Assembly: GCF_042660085.1 (NCBI RefSeq)
Contig: NZ_JBHSTI010000008.1
Location: 2,055,604-2,087,603 of the forward strand
Length of the DNA stretch: 32,000 bases
Direction of reading: 5' to 3'
Origin: Longivirga aurantiaca
GTDB taxonomy: Bacteria > Actinomycetota > Actinomycetes > S36-B12 > CAIYMF01
The translations under genes and the position numbers were made by a program. Below, piece after piece: positions 24,152 through 32,000 of the stretch (the first letter of the stretch is position 1; each line of letters opens with the position of its first letter). The notes beneath the pieces are model-generated. The model did no database searches. It had not been told where the DNA came from and saw nothing but the letters and a program-made list of their open reading frames with translations.

Positions 24152-25759
24152 TCAGCCCGCGTATCCCGGGCTGGTGTAGCCGGCACCCGCGGAGGCCGCG
24201 AAGTCGACCGGTGCGCGGCCCTTGGTGACGTTCGGCCAGTCGCTGGAGGAGTTCCAGTTGCCGAGCCCGCCGGAGGTGAAGACGTTGTAGGTCGCGATGC
24301 CCTGCGGAGGACGGACGCGCCAGAGGATGTACTTCGCCTGGGCGTTGCCCACGATCTCGACGTTCTTCAGGACCCAGTTCTCGGTGACCGCGGAGGCCGT
24401 CGAGGTGTCGTGCGGGTTGAGGAACATGCCCTGGTAGCCGGTGGTGGCGGTGAAGCCGTCGACCAGGAGGGTGGTCGGGCCGTTCCAGCACTGGAGCGCG
24501 TCGGCGTGGTTGGTGGCCTGGGTCCCGGTGAGGACGGTGTCGATGGACACGTTCTGGACCTGCACCTTGGCCAGCGGGGCGCTGATGTTGATGCCCTCCG
24601 ACAGGTTGCCCGACGAGGAGATGAACCTGACGCCCTCGAGGTGGATCGTGCCGGTCTGGCTGAGGAAGTACGCGGCCCGCTTGACCATGCCGTCGGCGGG
24701 GACGCCGGGGCCGGTGCCGGAGCTGTACCAGCCGCCCGCCACGTCGACGGTTCCGCCGATGATGACGATGTTGCGGCCGCCCACGATCTCGAGGCCATGG
24801 GTGTTCCTGTACACCGCGTCGGTCGGGAGCCTGAGGATGTAGTCGGTGCCGGCCGAGAGGTTGATCCTGCCGTCGGGCTTGCTGGCGAGATCGATCGTCA
24901 CCGGGTTGGTGAGCGCCGGCGGGGCCCAGGAGAGCTCGGTGCCGCTCGGAGCCGGCATGGTGGCCACGGGCGCGGGGCTCGTGGTGACCGGCGCGGGAGA
25001 GCTGGTCACGGGCGCGGGGCTCGTGGTGACCGGCGCGGGCGAGGTGGTCACGGGCGCGGGGCTCGTGGTGACCGGCGCGGGCGAGCTGGTCGCGGGCGCG
25101 GGCGAGCTGGTCACGGGCGCGGGGGTCGTGCTCTCGGGTGCCGCAGCGACGTCGACGGGGTCGACGCGCAGGCCGGACACGATGGCGTAGTCCCTGCGCG
25201 CCTTGAACGCCAGCGACAGTGCGCCGTCCTTGACCGTCACCGTCGCGGAGCGGGTGAGCTCGACGTCGTGGCCGACGACCTTGTAGACGTCCAGGTTGGA
25301 GAAGACGGTGACGCCCTCGGCAGTCGCGCTGAAGACGCGCTTGCCCGAGGCCTTCCAGTACGGCTCGGCCATCACCAGCGTGACCTTGTAGGTGCCGTTC
25401 GCGACGGGGACCTTGTAGGCGCTCATCCCGAAGCGGTAGTTGCGCAGGACGCTGCCGTCCTCGGTGCCGGTGATCGGATCGGCGGTCTTGCCGAGCTTGC
25501 CACCGGTGAAGCCCGAGTCCGCGGTCCACACGGTGCCGTCGCTCGCGGTGAGGCCGGGGCCGCCCGCGTCGATGTTCAGGGACGGGATCGCTGCGTCTCC
25601 GGCGGAGGCGCCGAAGACCGAGGTGAGGCCGGCGACCACGAGGGCGGAGGCGACCCCGACGGCGGTGGCCGAGCGGCGGGACGAGGCGGCGGTGCGACCG
25701 GTGCCGGCGACGGTGCGTCGCGGCATCTCCGTGTGGCGCCCGGATGACGTGGTAGCCAT
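24152..25759 (-). CDS. secreted protein: signal peptide, malectin-like carbohydrate-binding domain, Pro/Thr/Ser repeat linker, predicted beta-helix domain
   Basis: ATG 25757-25759 with GAGGAG RBS; signal-like segment ATAVGVASALVVAGLTSVFGASAGDAA; malectin-like LNIDAGGPGLTASDGTVWTAD...YKVTLVMAEPYWKASGKRVFSATAEG; C-terminal region aligns with the 22913..23941 product. Confidence 0.78.
   Translation of the reverse strand: MATTSSGRHTEMPRRTVAGTGRTAASSRRSATAVGVASALVVAGLTSVFGASAGDAAIPSLNIDAGGPGLTASDGTVWTADSGFTGGKLGKTADPITGTEDGSVLRNYRFGMSAYKVPVANGTYKVTLVMAEPYWKASGKRVFSATAEGVTVFSNLDVYKVVGHDVELTRSATVTVKDGALSLAFKARRDYAIVSGLRVDPVDVAAAPESTTPAPVTSSPAPATSSPAPVTTSPAPVTTSPAPVTTSPAPVTSSPAPVTTSPAPVATMPAPSGTELSWAPPALTNPVTIDLASKPDGRINLSAGTDYILRLPTDAVYRNTHGLEIVGGRNIVIIGGTVDVAGGWYSSGTGPGVPADGMVKRAAYFLSQTGTIHLEGVRFISSSGNLSEGINISAPLAKVQVQNVSIDTVLTGTQATNHADALQCWNGPTTLLVDGFTATTGYQGMFLNPHDTSTASAVTENWVLKNVEIVGNAQAKYILWRVRPPQGIATYNVFTSGGLGNWNSSSDWPNVTKGRAPVDFAASAGAGYTSPGYAG
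24947..25129 (-). repeat. in-frame tandem repeat encoding about nine 7-aa units (TTSPAPV/TSSPAPV)
   Basis: 21-nt units with alternating variants giving a partial 42-nt higher-order period. Confidence 0.9.
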
Positions 25760-26056
25760 GATGTTGTGCTCCTCAGTCGGCACTGACGGCTGTGAAGGGC
25801 CGCCTTGCGGAAGTGCGCGAACACATGGGGTTTCGGGACAGCGAGGGGCTGGCTTGACCCCTCTGGGCGCGGATGGGCCATGTGGGTTACGTGCCCAAAG
25901 ACACATCTGCGACGGTCCCCGTCACGCGTCAGGAGGGCCGTCCCTGGCCCGTCCGGAGGAGGTGCTCCTCACCCCGCTGCGGTGCCGCCAGCGGTCCGTC
26001 CGTGTCGACTCCGTCACGCGGGGCGACGCCACTCACCCGATCGGCTCAGGGAGCGA

Positions 26057-26077
26057 CGACCCGAGGGGGTCGGGTCG
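26057..26077. terminator. candidate hairpin downstream of the APH-like kinase gene
   Basis: CGACCCGA ggggg TCGGGTCG, 8-bp perfect arms, in the intergenic region after the stop at 26187; no T-run. Confidence 0.4.
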
Positions 26078-26186
26078 CCGATATCCGGCCAGTGGCGTGA
26101 TGTGACGTCGCCGACGTCGCTCTCCAGCCGCTCTCGCTCCGGCCGTGGTGCCGCGCCCGTCGCCGCGGATCGCGGCGTGGTCGGGT

Positions 26187-27233
26187 TCACCCGCGAGGAG
26201 CAGCCGCCTCTTGCCAGAGCGCCACGTTCCGGCTCACCTCGACCTCGGCCATGAGCGCATCGGTCCCCTCGTCGGCCGACAGCACGATCCGGTCGAGGAT
26301 CCGAAGGCCCGCGCGGGCCCAGGCGAGGACGAACAGCGCGGGCTCGAGGTCGGCGTCCGCCCTCCGCGCGACGTGCTCGGCGAACACCCGCCGCGCGCCA
26401 CCGTCCGGGCGCACGAGGTCGCGCACGAACACGTCCCGCTCGGCCGCCACGCCGTGCACGGCGGCGTCGGAGAAGGCCAGGAACGCGAGCAGCTGGGCGA
26501 GGTCGTGACCGACCACGCCGCGCTCGAGCCCGAGCTCCCAGTCGACGAGCCCGACCCTCGTGGTGCTGCCGCCGTCGAGGACGAGGATGTTGGGGTGCGC
26601 GGGGTCGCCGTGCTCGAAGACCGTCGGCAGCGTGCGTCCGCGGAGGGGCGACACGGCGTCGCGGGTGGCTGCGATCGTGCCGTGCAGCGCGTGACCGTCG
26701 GGCAGCAGCGCGGCGAGCCGCTCGAGCCGCGGCTCGAGCAGGGTGTCGAGCAGGTCCGTGCCGGAGCGCTCCCCCGTCACGGGCAGCCCGTCGATCCAGG
26801 CGAGGGCGCTGGCCCGGGCACCGGCGTCGGACCGCGCACGGGCGTGGGTCAGCGGCTGGCCCACGAGGGGCGTCTCGAGGAGCACGCGCCGCGACCCCAC
26901 CATCGCGCAGGCCACGACCGACGGCGTGGCCCCGAGCAGGCCGGGGGCGGCCTCGGACAACCGGCGCAGGACCGTCGCCTCGTGCACCACCGCGTGGTCG
27001 TCACGGACCGAGCGGGGCACCTTGAGGACGCTGCGGAGCCGGCCCTTGCGGTCCAGGACGAGGCCGACGACGTGCCGGGACTCCACGAAACCCGGTGTCA
27101 CGAGAAGGATCCGGGCCCCCTCCGGCAGCGCGTCGGACACTGCGGCCGAGGGCGCCGACCAGTCCAGGGGGTCGTCCGTCGCCGGCATGCCTGCCCGGAG
27201 GGCGTCCGCCACCACGTCGAGGTAGGTGCTCAC
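26187..27233 (-). CDS. aminoglycoside phosphotransferase/choline-kinase-like protein (APH fold)
   Basis: LPTVFEHGDPAHPNILVL (catalytic-loop-like), VGLVDWELGLERGVVGHDLAQLLAFLAF (DFG-like region). GTG start overlapping the upstream stop. Confidence 0.8.
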   Translation of the reverse strand: MSTYLDVVADALRAGMPATDDPLDWSAPSAAVSDALPEGARILLVTPGFVESRHVVGLVLDRKGRLRSVLKVPRSVRDDHAVVHEATVLRRLSEAAPGLLGATPSVVACAMVGSRRVLLETPLVGQPLTHARARSDAGARASALAWIDGLPVTGERSGTDLLDTLLEPRLERLAALLPDGHALHGTIAATRDAVSPLRGRTLPTVFEHGDPAHPNILVLDGGSTTRVGLVDWELGLERGVVGHDLAQLLAFLAFSDAAVHGVAAERDVFVRDLVRPDGGARRVFAEHVARRADADLEPALFVLAWARAGLRILDRIVLSADEGTDALMAEVEVSRNVALWQEAAAPRG

Positions 27234-29344
27234 GGCTCGTCCGTCCGTCCTGTCGCGATACGGTCGCGCGCCACCCACGCCACGAGCCCCACCGAGACCA
27301 GCACGCGCGCCGCGAAGGAGAGCACCCTGCCCCGTCGGCTGCCCTCGTGCCGGTGGAGCGCGGCGAGCACCACCGGCCGGGCGTCGAGGGGGACGAGCAT
27401 CGTGCGGGCGCTGCGGCGCGGCGCCTCCCAGTGGAGCGACACGTCGCGCAGGCCGGCTGCCTCGAGGGCGCGCGTGGTCGAGCGCAGCGAGCGCCGGGTG
27501 GCCGCCACCTCGATCACGACCCAGGTGCCCGACGGGACGTCGCGCAGGGCGTCGGAGAACTCCGAGGGGTGGAGGCGCCCGAGACGGACGCCCGCGCCGA
27601 CCTCGGGCAGCAGGAACAGCGGGTCGTCGACACGGGGGTCGAGCGCCGCGAGCGCACGCGCCGTGGCGCCCTGCTCCCCCTCCGCTGCCGGAGCGCTGCC
27701 CGAGCCGCCGGCGCTGGAGGCCACGCGGTAGGGGTTGCGGGTGCTCCGGGCCCCGCGGGACGAACCCCTGCGGAGCAGCGGACCCGCGACCGGGATCTTC
27801 AGCAGCTCGGGGAACGTGTGCGCGACGTCGAGGTACGGCAGCGTCACGAACAGGACTCCGAGGGTGGCCGCACCCGTCAGGAGCACGGACAGGATGAACC
27901 CGGCCCCGACCCAGTACTGCAGCAGCGACGTCAGCACGACGCCGAGGAGCATGGCGGTGTACGGCGCCGCCATCCACGGCTCGACGACACCGGACGGGAG
28001 CCCGCGCAGGCCGAGCTGGCGCACCACGTTCCCGAGGACGAGCGACAGCGCCATGCCGACAGCGGCGCCCCACGCGCCGAGCGGCGGGATGAGGGCGAAG
28101 GCGAGCACCGTGCCCAGCACGAGCACCGCCATGTTGGAGAAGAAGATGAAGCGCAGCCGACCGGCGGTGGCCATGAGGATCGCGCTGAAGCCCGACGCCG
28201 CCTGGAACCAGAAGCCGAACCCGAGGATCGCGAGCAGCGGGGCGCTGTCGGCGTACTGCGAGCCGAGCAGCGTCACCGTGACGGGCTCGGCGAACGAGAC
28301 GCTGAGGACCAGCGCCGGGTACGACACGAGGGCGACCCACAGCGCGGTGCGCCAGTAGGTGAGGCGCACCCCCTCCATGTCGCCGCGCTGCCAGAGCCGC
28401 GTCACCATCGGCGGGAACAGCACCCAGAAGGCGCCCGCGGCGGCCATCGAGAGCTGCGCGATGGGCATGACCGCCCGCAGCGACGCGACGTCGGCCGCGG
28501 TGCCGACCGCGCCGAGGACGAACGTCGGCAGCGCCATGACCACGACGTAGACCAGCGAGGAGGTCAGGAGGGGGAAGCCCTCGCGGAGCATGGGGCGCAC
28601 CGGCATCGTCACGCGGCCGTGCAGCTCGGCGAAGAAGCCGAGCCGCGAGAGCAGACGCAGCACCATGACGACGTAGATCGACACGCCGAGGAGCGAGGCG
28701 AGGACGTACCCGACGGTCAGGCCGTAGACGCCGGCGCCGAGGAAGAACACCGTGACGATCGCGGTGAGGCGAAGGCCCGGCTCGAGCAGGTAGCGCCGTA
28801 CGAAGACGGCACGCGCGCTCGCGAACGTCGCGAACGTGTTGACCACCATCGCGTCGAGCGCGGCGAGAGGCGCGAGCAGCACCATGAGCACCAGCAGGTT
28901 CGCCGCCGTCTCGGACGGCGCGATGCCCGGCGACAGGCGTCCGTGCCAGAGCAGCACGAGCAGGAAGACGATCGAGCCGAGGGAGATCACCACGAGCGCC
29001 TCGGTCACGAGGACGCCGACGACCTTGCGGTCGTCCCCCTCCTCGTCGTACTTCGCGAGGAAGCGGGAGTCGACCCGGTCGAGACCGAGAGGGATCAACG
29101 ACTGCACGAGCGTGACGATCGAGAGCGCCCAGGCGAACGCGCCGTAGTCGTCCTTGGTGAGCACGCGGACGAGCAGCAGCTGGATGACCAGCCCGAGACC
29201 CATGCCGAGCAGGCGACCGACGAGCAGCAGCGCGGAGCCGCGCATCTGCGACTTCGACGACGCCTTGCCCCGCGGGGCGCGCACCGGAGCAGCCTCGCCG
29301 TCCCCGGGCACCGCGTTGCTGTCGAGCGCCTCCTCGGCGCTCAC
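27230..29344 (-). CDS. polysaccharide flippase (Wzx/MATE-like) with long C-terminal extension
   Basis: GSALLLVGRLLGMGLGLVIQLLLVRVLTKDDYGAFAWALSIVTLVQSLIPLGLDRVDSRFLAKY and about 14 hydrophobic segments. GTG at 29344 gives a 4-nt overlap with the upstream gene; the ORF track uses an upstream start at 29359. Confidence 0.82.
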   Translation of the reverse strand: MSAEEALDSNAVPGDGEAAPVRAPRGKASSKSQMRGSALLLVGRLLGMGLGLVIQLLLVRVLTKDDYGAFAWALSIVTLVQSLIPLGLDRVDSRFLAKYDEEGDDRKVVGVLVTEALVVISLGSIVFLLVLLWHGRLSPGIAPSETAANLLVLMVLLAPLAALDAMVVNTFATFASARAVFVRRYLLEPGLRLTAIVTVFFLGAGVYGLTVGYVLASLLGVSIYVVMVLRLLSRLGFFAELHGRVTMPVRPMLREGFPLLTSSLVYVVVMALPTFVLGAVGTAADVASLRAVMPIAQLSMAAAGAFWVLFPPMVTRLWQRGDMEGVRLTYWRTALWVALVSYPALVLSVSFAEPVTVTLLGSQYADSAPLLAILGFGFWFQAASGFSAILMATAGRLRFIFFSNMAVLVLGTVLAFALIPPLGAWGAAVGMALSLVLGNVVRQLGLRGLPSGVVEPWMAAPYTAMLLGVVLTSLLQYWVGAGFILSVLLTGAATLGVLFVTLPYLDVAHTFPELLKIPVAGPLLRRGSSRGARSTRNPYRVASSAGGSGSAPAAEGEQGATARALAALDPRVDDPLFLLPEVGAGVRLGRLHPSEFSDALRDVPSGTWVVIEVAATRRSLRSTTRALEAAGLRDVSLHWEAPRRSARTMLVPLDARPVVLAALHRHEGSRRGRVLSFAARVLVSVGLVAWVARDRIATGRTDEP

Positions 29345-30597
29345 CGCACGCCCGACCACGTGCGCCAGACGAGTGACTCGACCTCGCGGCGCACGGTCTC
29401 GGCATCGTTCGTCGCATCCACGACGACGACATTGTCATACCGGTCGCGCAGGTCGAGGTAGCGCTGGCGCCGCTCCTCGAGGATCTCCGGCGTGTGCTCA
29501 CCCTTCCGGTCGAACATGAGCTGCCCCGGGGCGTCGAGCACGACGAAGACGTCGGGTGCCGGGCAGCTGTGCAGGAGCAGCGAGTAGCTGACGCGGGCGC
29601 GGAAGGTCGGCTTGCCCGGGCGCAGCAGGGCGTCGACGACGTGCCGGTCGTAGAGCACGACCCGGCCGCGGCGCTGGTCGACCGCGGCCTTGGTCGAGCG
29701 CCAGCGCAGCTTCGCGAGCTTGAGGCCGAGACCCACCCCCGGGACGCGCTGCCAGGCGGGCTCGTGCGGGTCCACTCGGAAGACCCCGAGGTAGCGCACC
29801 GAGACGGCGAGCGGGATCGCGTCGCGCAGACCCTCGACGAGGGTCGTCTTGCCGGCGCCGTCGGGGCCGAGCACCGCGAGGGCGACACCGGGGCTGCCCG
29901 GCGACCTCCAGGAGAGCGCGTCGCGCAGCCGCCGGGCCTGGCGGGCGGCACGACCGGGTCGACGCTTGAGCACCGGCTCCCACCGGGCGATCAGCTCACG
30001 GAGCTGGGAGTCGTCGCCGCCCAGCGCGGCGGCCGCGGCGGCAGCCCCGGCTGCGGCCTGGCCGGCACCGAGCAGGGCGTCCACCGCACCGGGCAACGGG
30101 CCGCCCGGGTGCGGTACGCCGGTGAGCGAGGCAGTCCCGCGGTGCACGGCGCGTACGAGGGCGAGCCAGTCGCGGTCCTCGGCGGCGACCCGGCGCACGC
30201 CGTCGTCACCGAGCTCGGCGCGCGCGAGCAGGTCGTCGAGCACCGGCAGCACGGCGCTCCTCGGCCCGGCCGCCTCGACGACGGGGAGGAGGTCGAGCAC
30301 GAGCCAGCCGTCGTCGGTGGAGGACCGGCGCACGAGCAGCCGGTGCGGCAGGTGCTCGGGCGCACGCCGGAGCACGAAGCCGGTGGCGACGAGCGCGGGC
30401 AGCACCCGCGGCAGGTCTGCCTCGCGCACCAGGACGTCGACGTCGCCGCCGGGACGGTCGAGCGCGCCGCGCAGCACGGCCCAGGCGGCGCCGGTGGAGT
30501 CGAGCGCGCTGAACGCGGCCACGAGGTCGGGGTGGACGTCGGCAGCACGGTCGGGGCTGGCGACGGGGCCCGCCTCGTCCGACGGCGGAGTGAGCAC
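29341..30597 (-). CDS. two-part protein: nucleotidyltransferase-like N-terminus and P-loop thymidylate-kinase-like C-terminus
   Basis: AVLRGALDRPGGDVDVLVREADLPRVLPALVATGFVL...GWLVLDLLPV (NTase-like GxxxDxD pattern), then VALAVLGPDGAGKTTLVEGLRDAI (Walker A), VVLYDRHVVDALL, FVVLDAPGQLMFDRKGEHTPEILEERRQRYLDL. GTG start overlaps the upstream TAG (TAGTG). Confidence 0.72.
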   Translation of the reverse strand: MLTPPSDEAGPVASPDRAADVHPDLVAAFSALDSTGAAWAVLRGALDRPGGDVDVLVREADLPRVLPALVATGFVLRRAPEHLPHRLLVRRSSTDDGWLVLDLLPVVEAAGPRSAVLPVLDDLLARAELGDDGVRRVAAEDRDWLALVRAVHRGTASLTGVPHPGGPLPGAVDALLGAGQAAAGAAAAAAALGGDDSQLRELIARWEPVLKRRPGRAARQARRLRDALSWRSPGSPGVALAVLGPDGAGKTTLVEGLRDAIPLAVSVRYLGVFRVDPHEPAWQRVPGVGLGLKLAKLRWRSTKAAVDQRRGRVVLYDRHVVDALLRPGKPTFRARVSYSLLLHSCPAPDVFVVLDAPGQLMFDRKGEHTPEILEERRQRYLDLRDRYDNVVVVDATNDAETVRREVESLVWRTWSGVR

Positions 30598-32000
30598 TAC
30601 GACAGGACCTCGATCGCGTTGACCTGAGGGTTGTCGAGCCCGGGGACGCGACCGAACGAGATCACGACGGGGCCGGACGTGGTCACCGTGAACTCGCGGA
30701 CGACGCCGCGCCTGGCACCGCCGGCCGCCGCGAAGATGTCGAACCGCGTCAGCACCTTCGTGCCGTTGATGCTCACGTCGAACGCGCGCTTGCCCGCAGC
30801 AGTCCAGTAGTTCTCCGAGAAGTAGAGGCGCACCGTGTAGGTGCCGGCCTGCGGCACGGGCATGGTCCACACCATGTCCTTGCCGCCCGACACGTCGTAC
30901 CGGTACGTCTGGAAGAGCGCGGCCGGCGTGCCCGCGGGCACGGACGGGTCGGAGACGTTGATGGCCGACGTCGTCGACCCCGTCTTGAGCTTGGCCGCGG
31001 CGGTGTTCGCCCAGGACGAGGGCGACGACGAGGTGTCGGCCAGCCAGCCGCCGGACAGCGCCGCGCCACCGGCGTTCACGCGGTCGATGGGCGTGCCGCT
31101 CGTGAGCGGCGGGCTCACGACGACCGTGCGCGAGGCGGAGGTCGAGCCTCCGGAGTTGGTCGCCGTGAGCGTGACCACGTACGAACCGGCCGCGGTGAAG
31201 GTGTACGAGGGGTTGCGGCTCGTGCTGGTGCCGCCGTCGCCGAAGTCCCATGCCCACGAGGTCGGGGCGCCCGTGGACGTGTCGGTGAACGAGACCGTCA
31301 CCGGAGCAGTGCCCGACGTGGTCGAGGCCGTGAACGACGCGGTCGGCGGCGTCACGACGGGCTCGGACACCACGATGGTCGCGGACGCCGACGTCGAGCC
31401 GCCCGCGTTGGTCGCTGTGAGCGTGACGGTGTACGTGCCCGGCGTGGAGTAGGTGTGCGCCGGGCTTGCGACGGTGCTGGTGCCGCCGTCGCCGAAGTCC
31501 CACGCCCACGACGTGGGCGCACCGGCGGAGGTGTCGGTGAAGGACACCGTGACCGGCGCGGTGCCCGAGGTGGTGGACGACGTGAACGACGCCGTGGGCG
31601 CGGTGACCGAGGCGGTCGTGACGACGACGGTCGTGGACGCCGACGTGGAGCCGCCGTCGTTGGTCGCGGTCAGCGTGACGGTGTACGTGCCGGGATCGGC
31701 GAAGAGGTGCGACGGGTTCTGCGCGGTGCTGGTGCCGCCGTCCCCGAACGACCACGACCACGACGTGGGACCGCCCGTGGACGTGTCGGTGAACGAGACA
31801 CCGAGCGGCGCCGCACCCGTGGTGGCCGACGGCGTGAACGACGCGGTCGGAGCGGTCGGGGCGGCGGAGCCGGAGTCGGCGTACCAGTAGCGCGGCGAGA
31901 TCTCCGTCGCAGCGAGCACAACGACCCCCGAGGTCGCCGTCGCCGGCTGCTTGCTCGAGGTCGCGTTGTTCATCGTCGCGTTCGCGACGTCGCGCAGCAC
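30597..32000 (-). CDS. PKD-repeat and malectin-like domain protein, partial (5' end outside window)
   Basis: Three PKD domains (PTSWxWxFGDGGTSTxxxPxHxYxxPGTYTVTLTATN) and a C-terminal malectin-like domain (IDRVNAGGAALSGGWLADT...AGTYTVRLYFSENYWTAAGKRAFDVSINGTKVLTRFDI). Confidence 0.87.
   Translation of the reverse strand: MLRDVANATMNNATSSKQPATATSGVVVLAATEISPRYWYADSGSAAPTAPTASFTPSATTGAAPLGVSFTDTSTGGPTSWSWSFGDGGTSTAQNPSHLFADPGTYTVTLTATNDGGSTSASTTVVVTTASVTAPTASFTSSTTSGTAPVTVSFTDTSAGAPTSWAWDFGDGGTSTVASPAHTYSTPGTYTVTLTATNAGGSTSASATIVVSEPVVTPPTASFTASTTSGTAPVTVSFTDTSTGAPTSWAWDFGDGGTSTSRNPSYTFTAAGSYVVTLTATNSGGSTSASRTVVVSPPLTSGTPIDRVNAGGAALSGGWLADTSSSPSSWANTAAAKLKTGSTTSAINVSDPSVPAGTPAALFQTYRYDVSGGKDMVWTMPVPQAGTYTVRLYFSENYWTAAGKRAFDVSINGTKVLTRFDIFAAAGGARRGVVREFTVTTSGPVVISFGRVPGLDNPQVNAIEVLS
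31113..31850 (-). repeat. three tandem PKD-domain coding repeats
   Basis: Units at about 31620-31850, 31365-31595 and 31113-31346. Confidence 0.88.

Noticed and set aside
24947-25129. Regular repeats considered as a CRISPR array or non-coding satellite
   Set aside because: The 21-nt period is in frame and encodes a Pro/Thr/Ser linker; no unique spacers between constant repeats.
25900-25914. 15-mer GACACATCTGCGACG identical to 16160-16174 inside the metY leader
   Set aside because: About one 15-nt match is expected by chance in a 32-kb high-GC window when both orientations are considered, and the 25900 copy has no leader-like reading frame.
23309-29461. Plus-strand ORFs 23309..25747 (812 aa), 26145..27731 and 27095..29461 (788 aa)
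   Set aside because: Composition such as GRAGHGRGARGDRRGRGGHG reflects the opposite-strand linker repeat and high GC; no plausible protein family.

Overview
High-GC actinobacterial chromosomal window with no rRNA, tRNA, CRISPR array or transposase recognised. Left to right: (1) a five-gene flavin redox/two-component operon (ferric-reductase-like membrane oxidoreductase, FMN-binding protein with an SGATYT flavinylation motif, ApbE flavin transferase, response regulator, histidine kinase; 1085-6174); (2) a cysteine-dioxygenase-like cupin gene preceded by an unannotated leaderless Cys-rich leader ORF (MISSATSTAHALRGVACCRCLG) whose downstream sequence has four mutually exclusive pairing elements (GGCGTC/GACGCC/GGCGTC/GACGCC), resembling a classical attenuator; (3) assorted housekeeping or accessory genes (fasciclin, DinB, enoyl-CoA hydratase, GMC oxidoreductase, F420/PPOX-like, LPG-synthase-like TM protein, Pr6Pr) and a frameshifted EAL-domain remnant; (4) metY-metX behind a second Cys-containing leader ORF and a nested hairpin structure; (5) a large exopolysaccharide locus (about 16.3-32.0 kb, minus strand) with initiating sugar transferase, polymerase/ligase-like protein, Wzz-like protein, two glycosyltransferase-type proteins, two paralogous predicted beta-helix proteins (one membrane-anchored, one secreted with a malectin domain), an APH-like kinase, a flippase with an unusual C-terminal extension, an NTase-like/P-loop kinase fusion and a PKD+malectin protein running off the edge. 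The best candidates for under-described biology are the two cysteine leader/attenuator regions, a leaderless 33-aa membrane micropeptide at 854-955, and the beta-helix/malectin/kinase/flippase complement of the polysaccharide locus with its shared palindromic intergenic motif. All calls come from reading the supplied sequence and translations; no database search was run.
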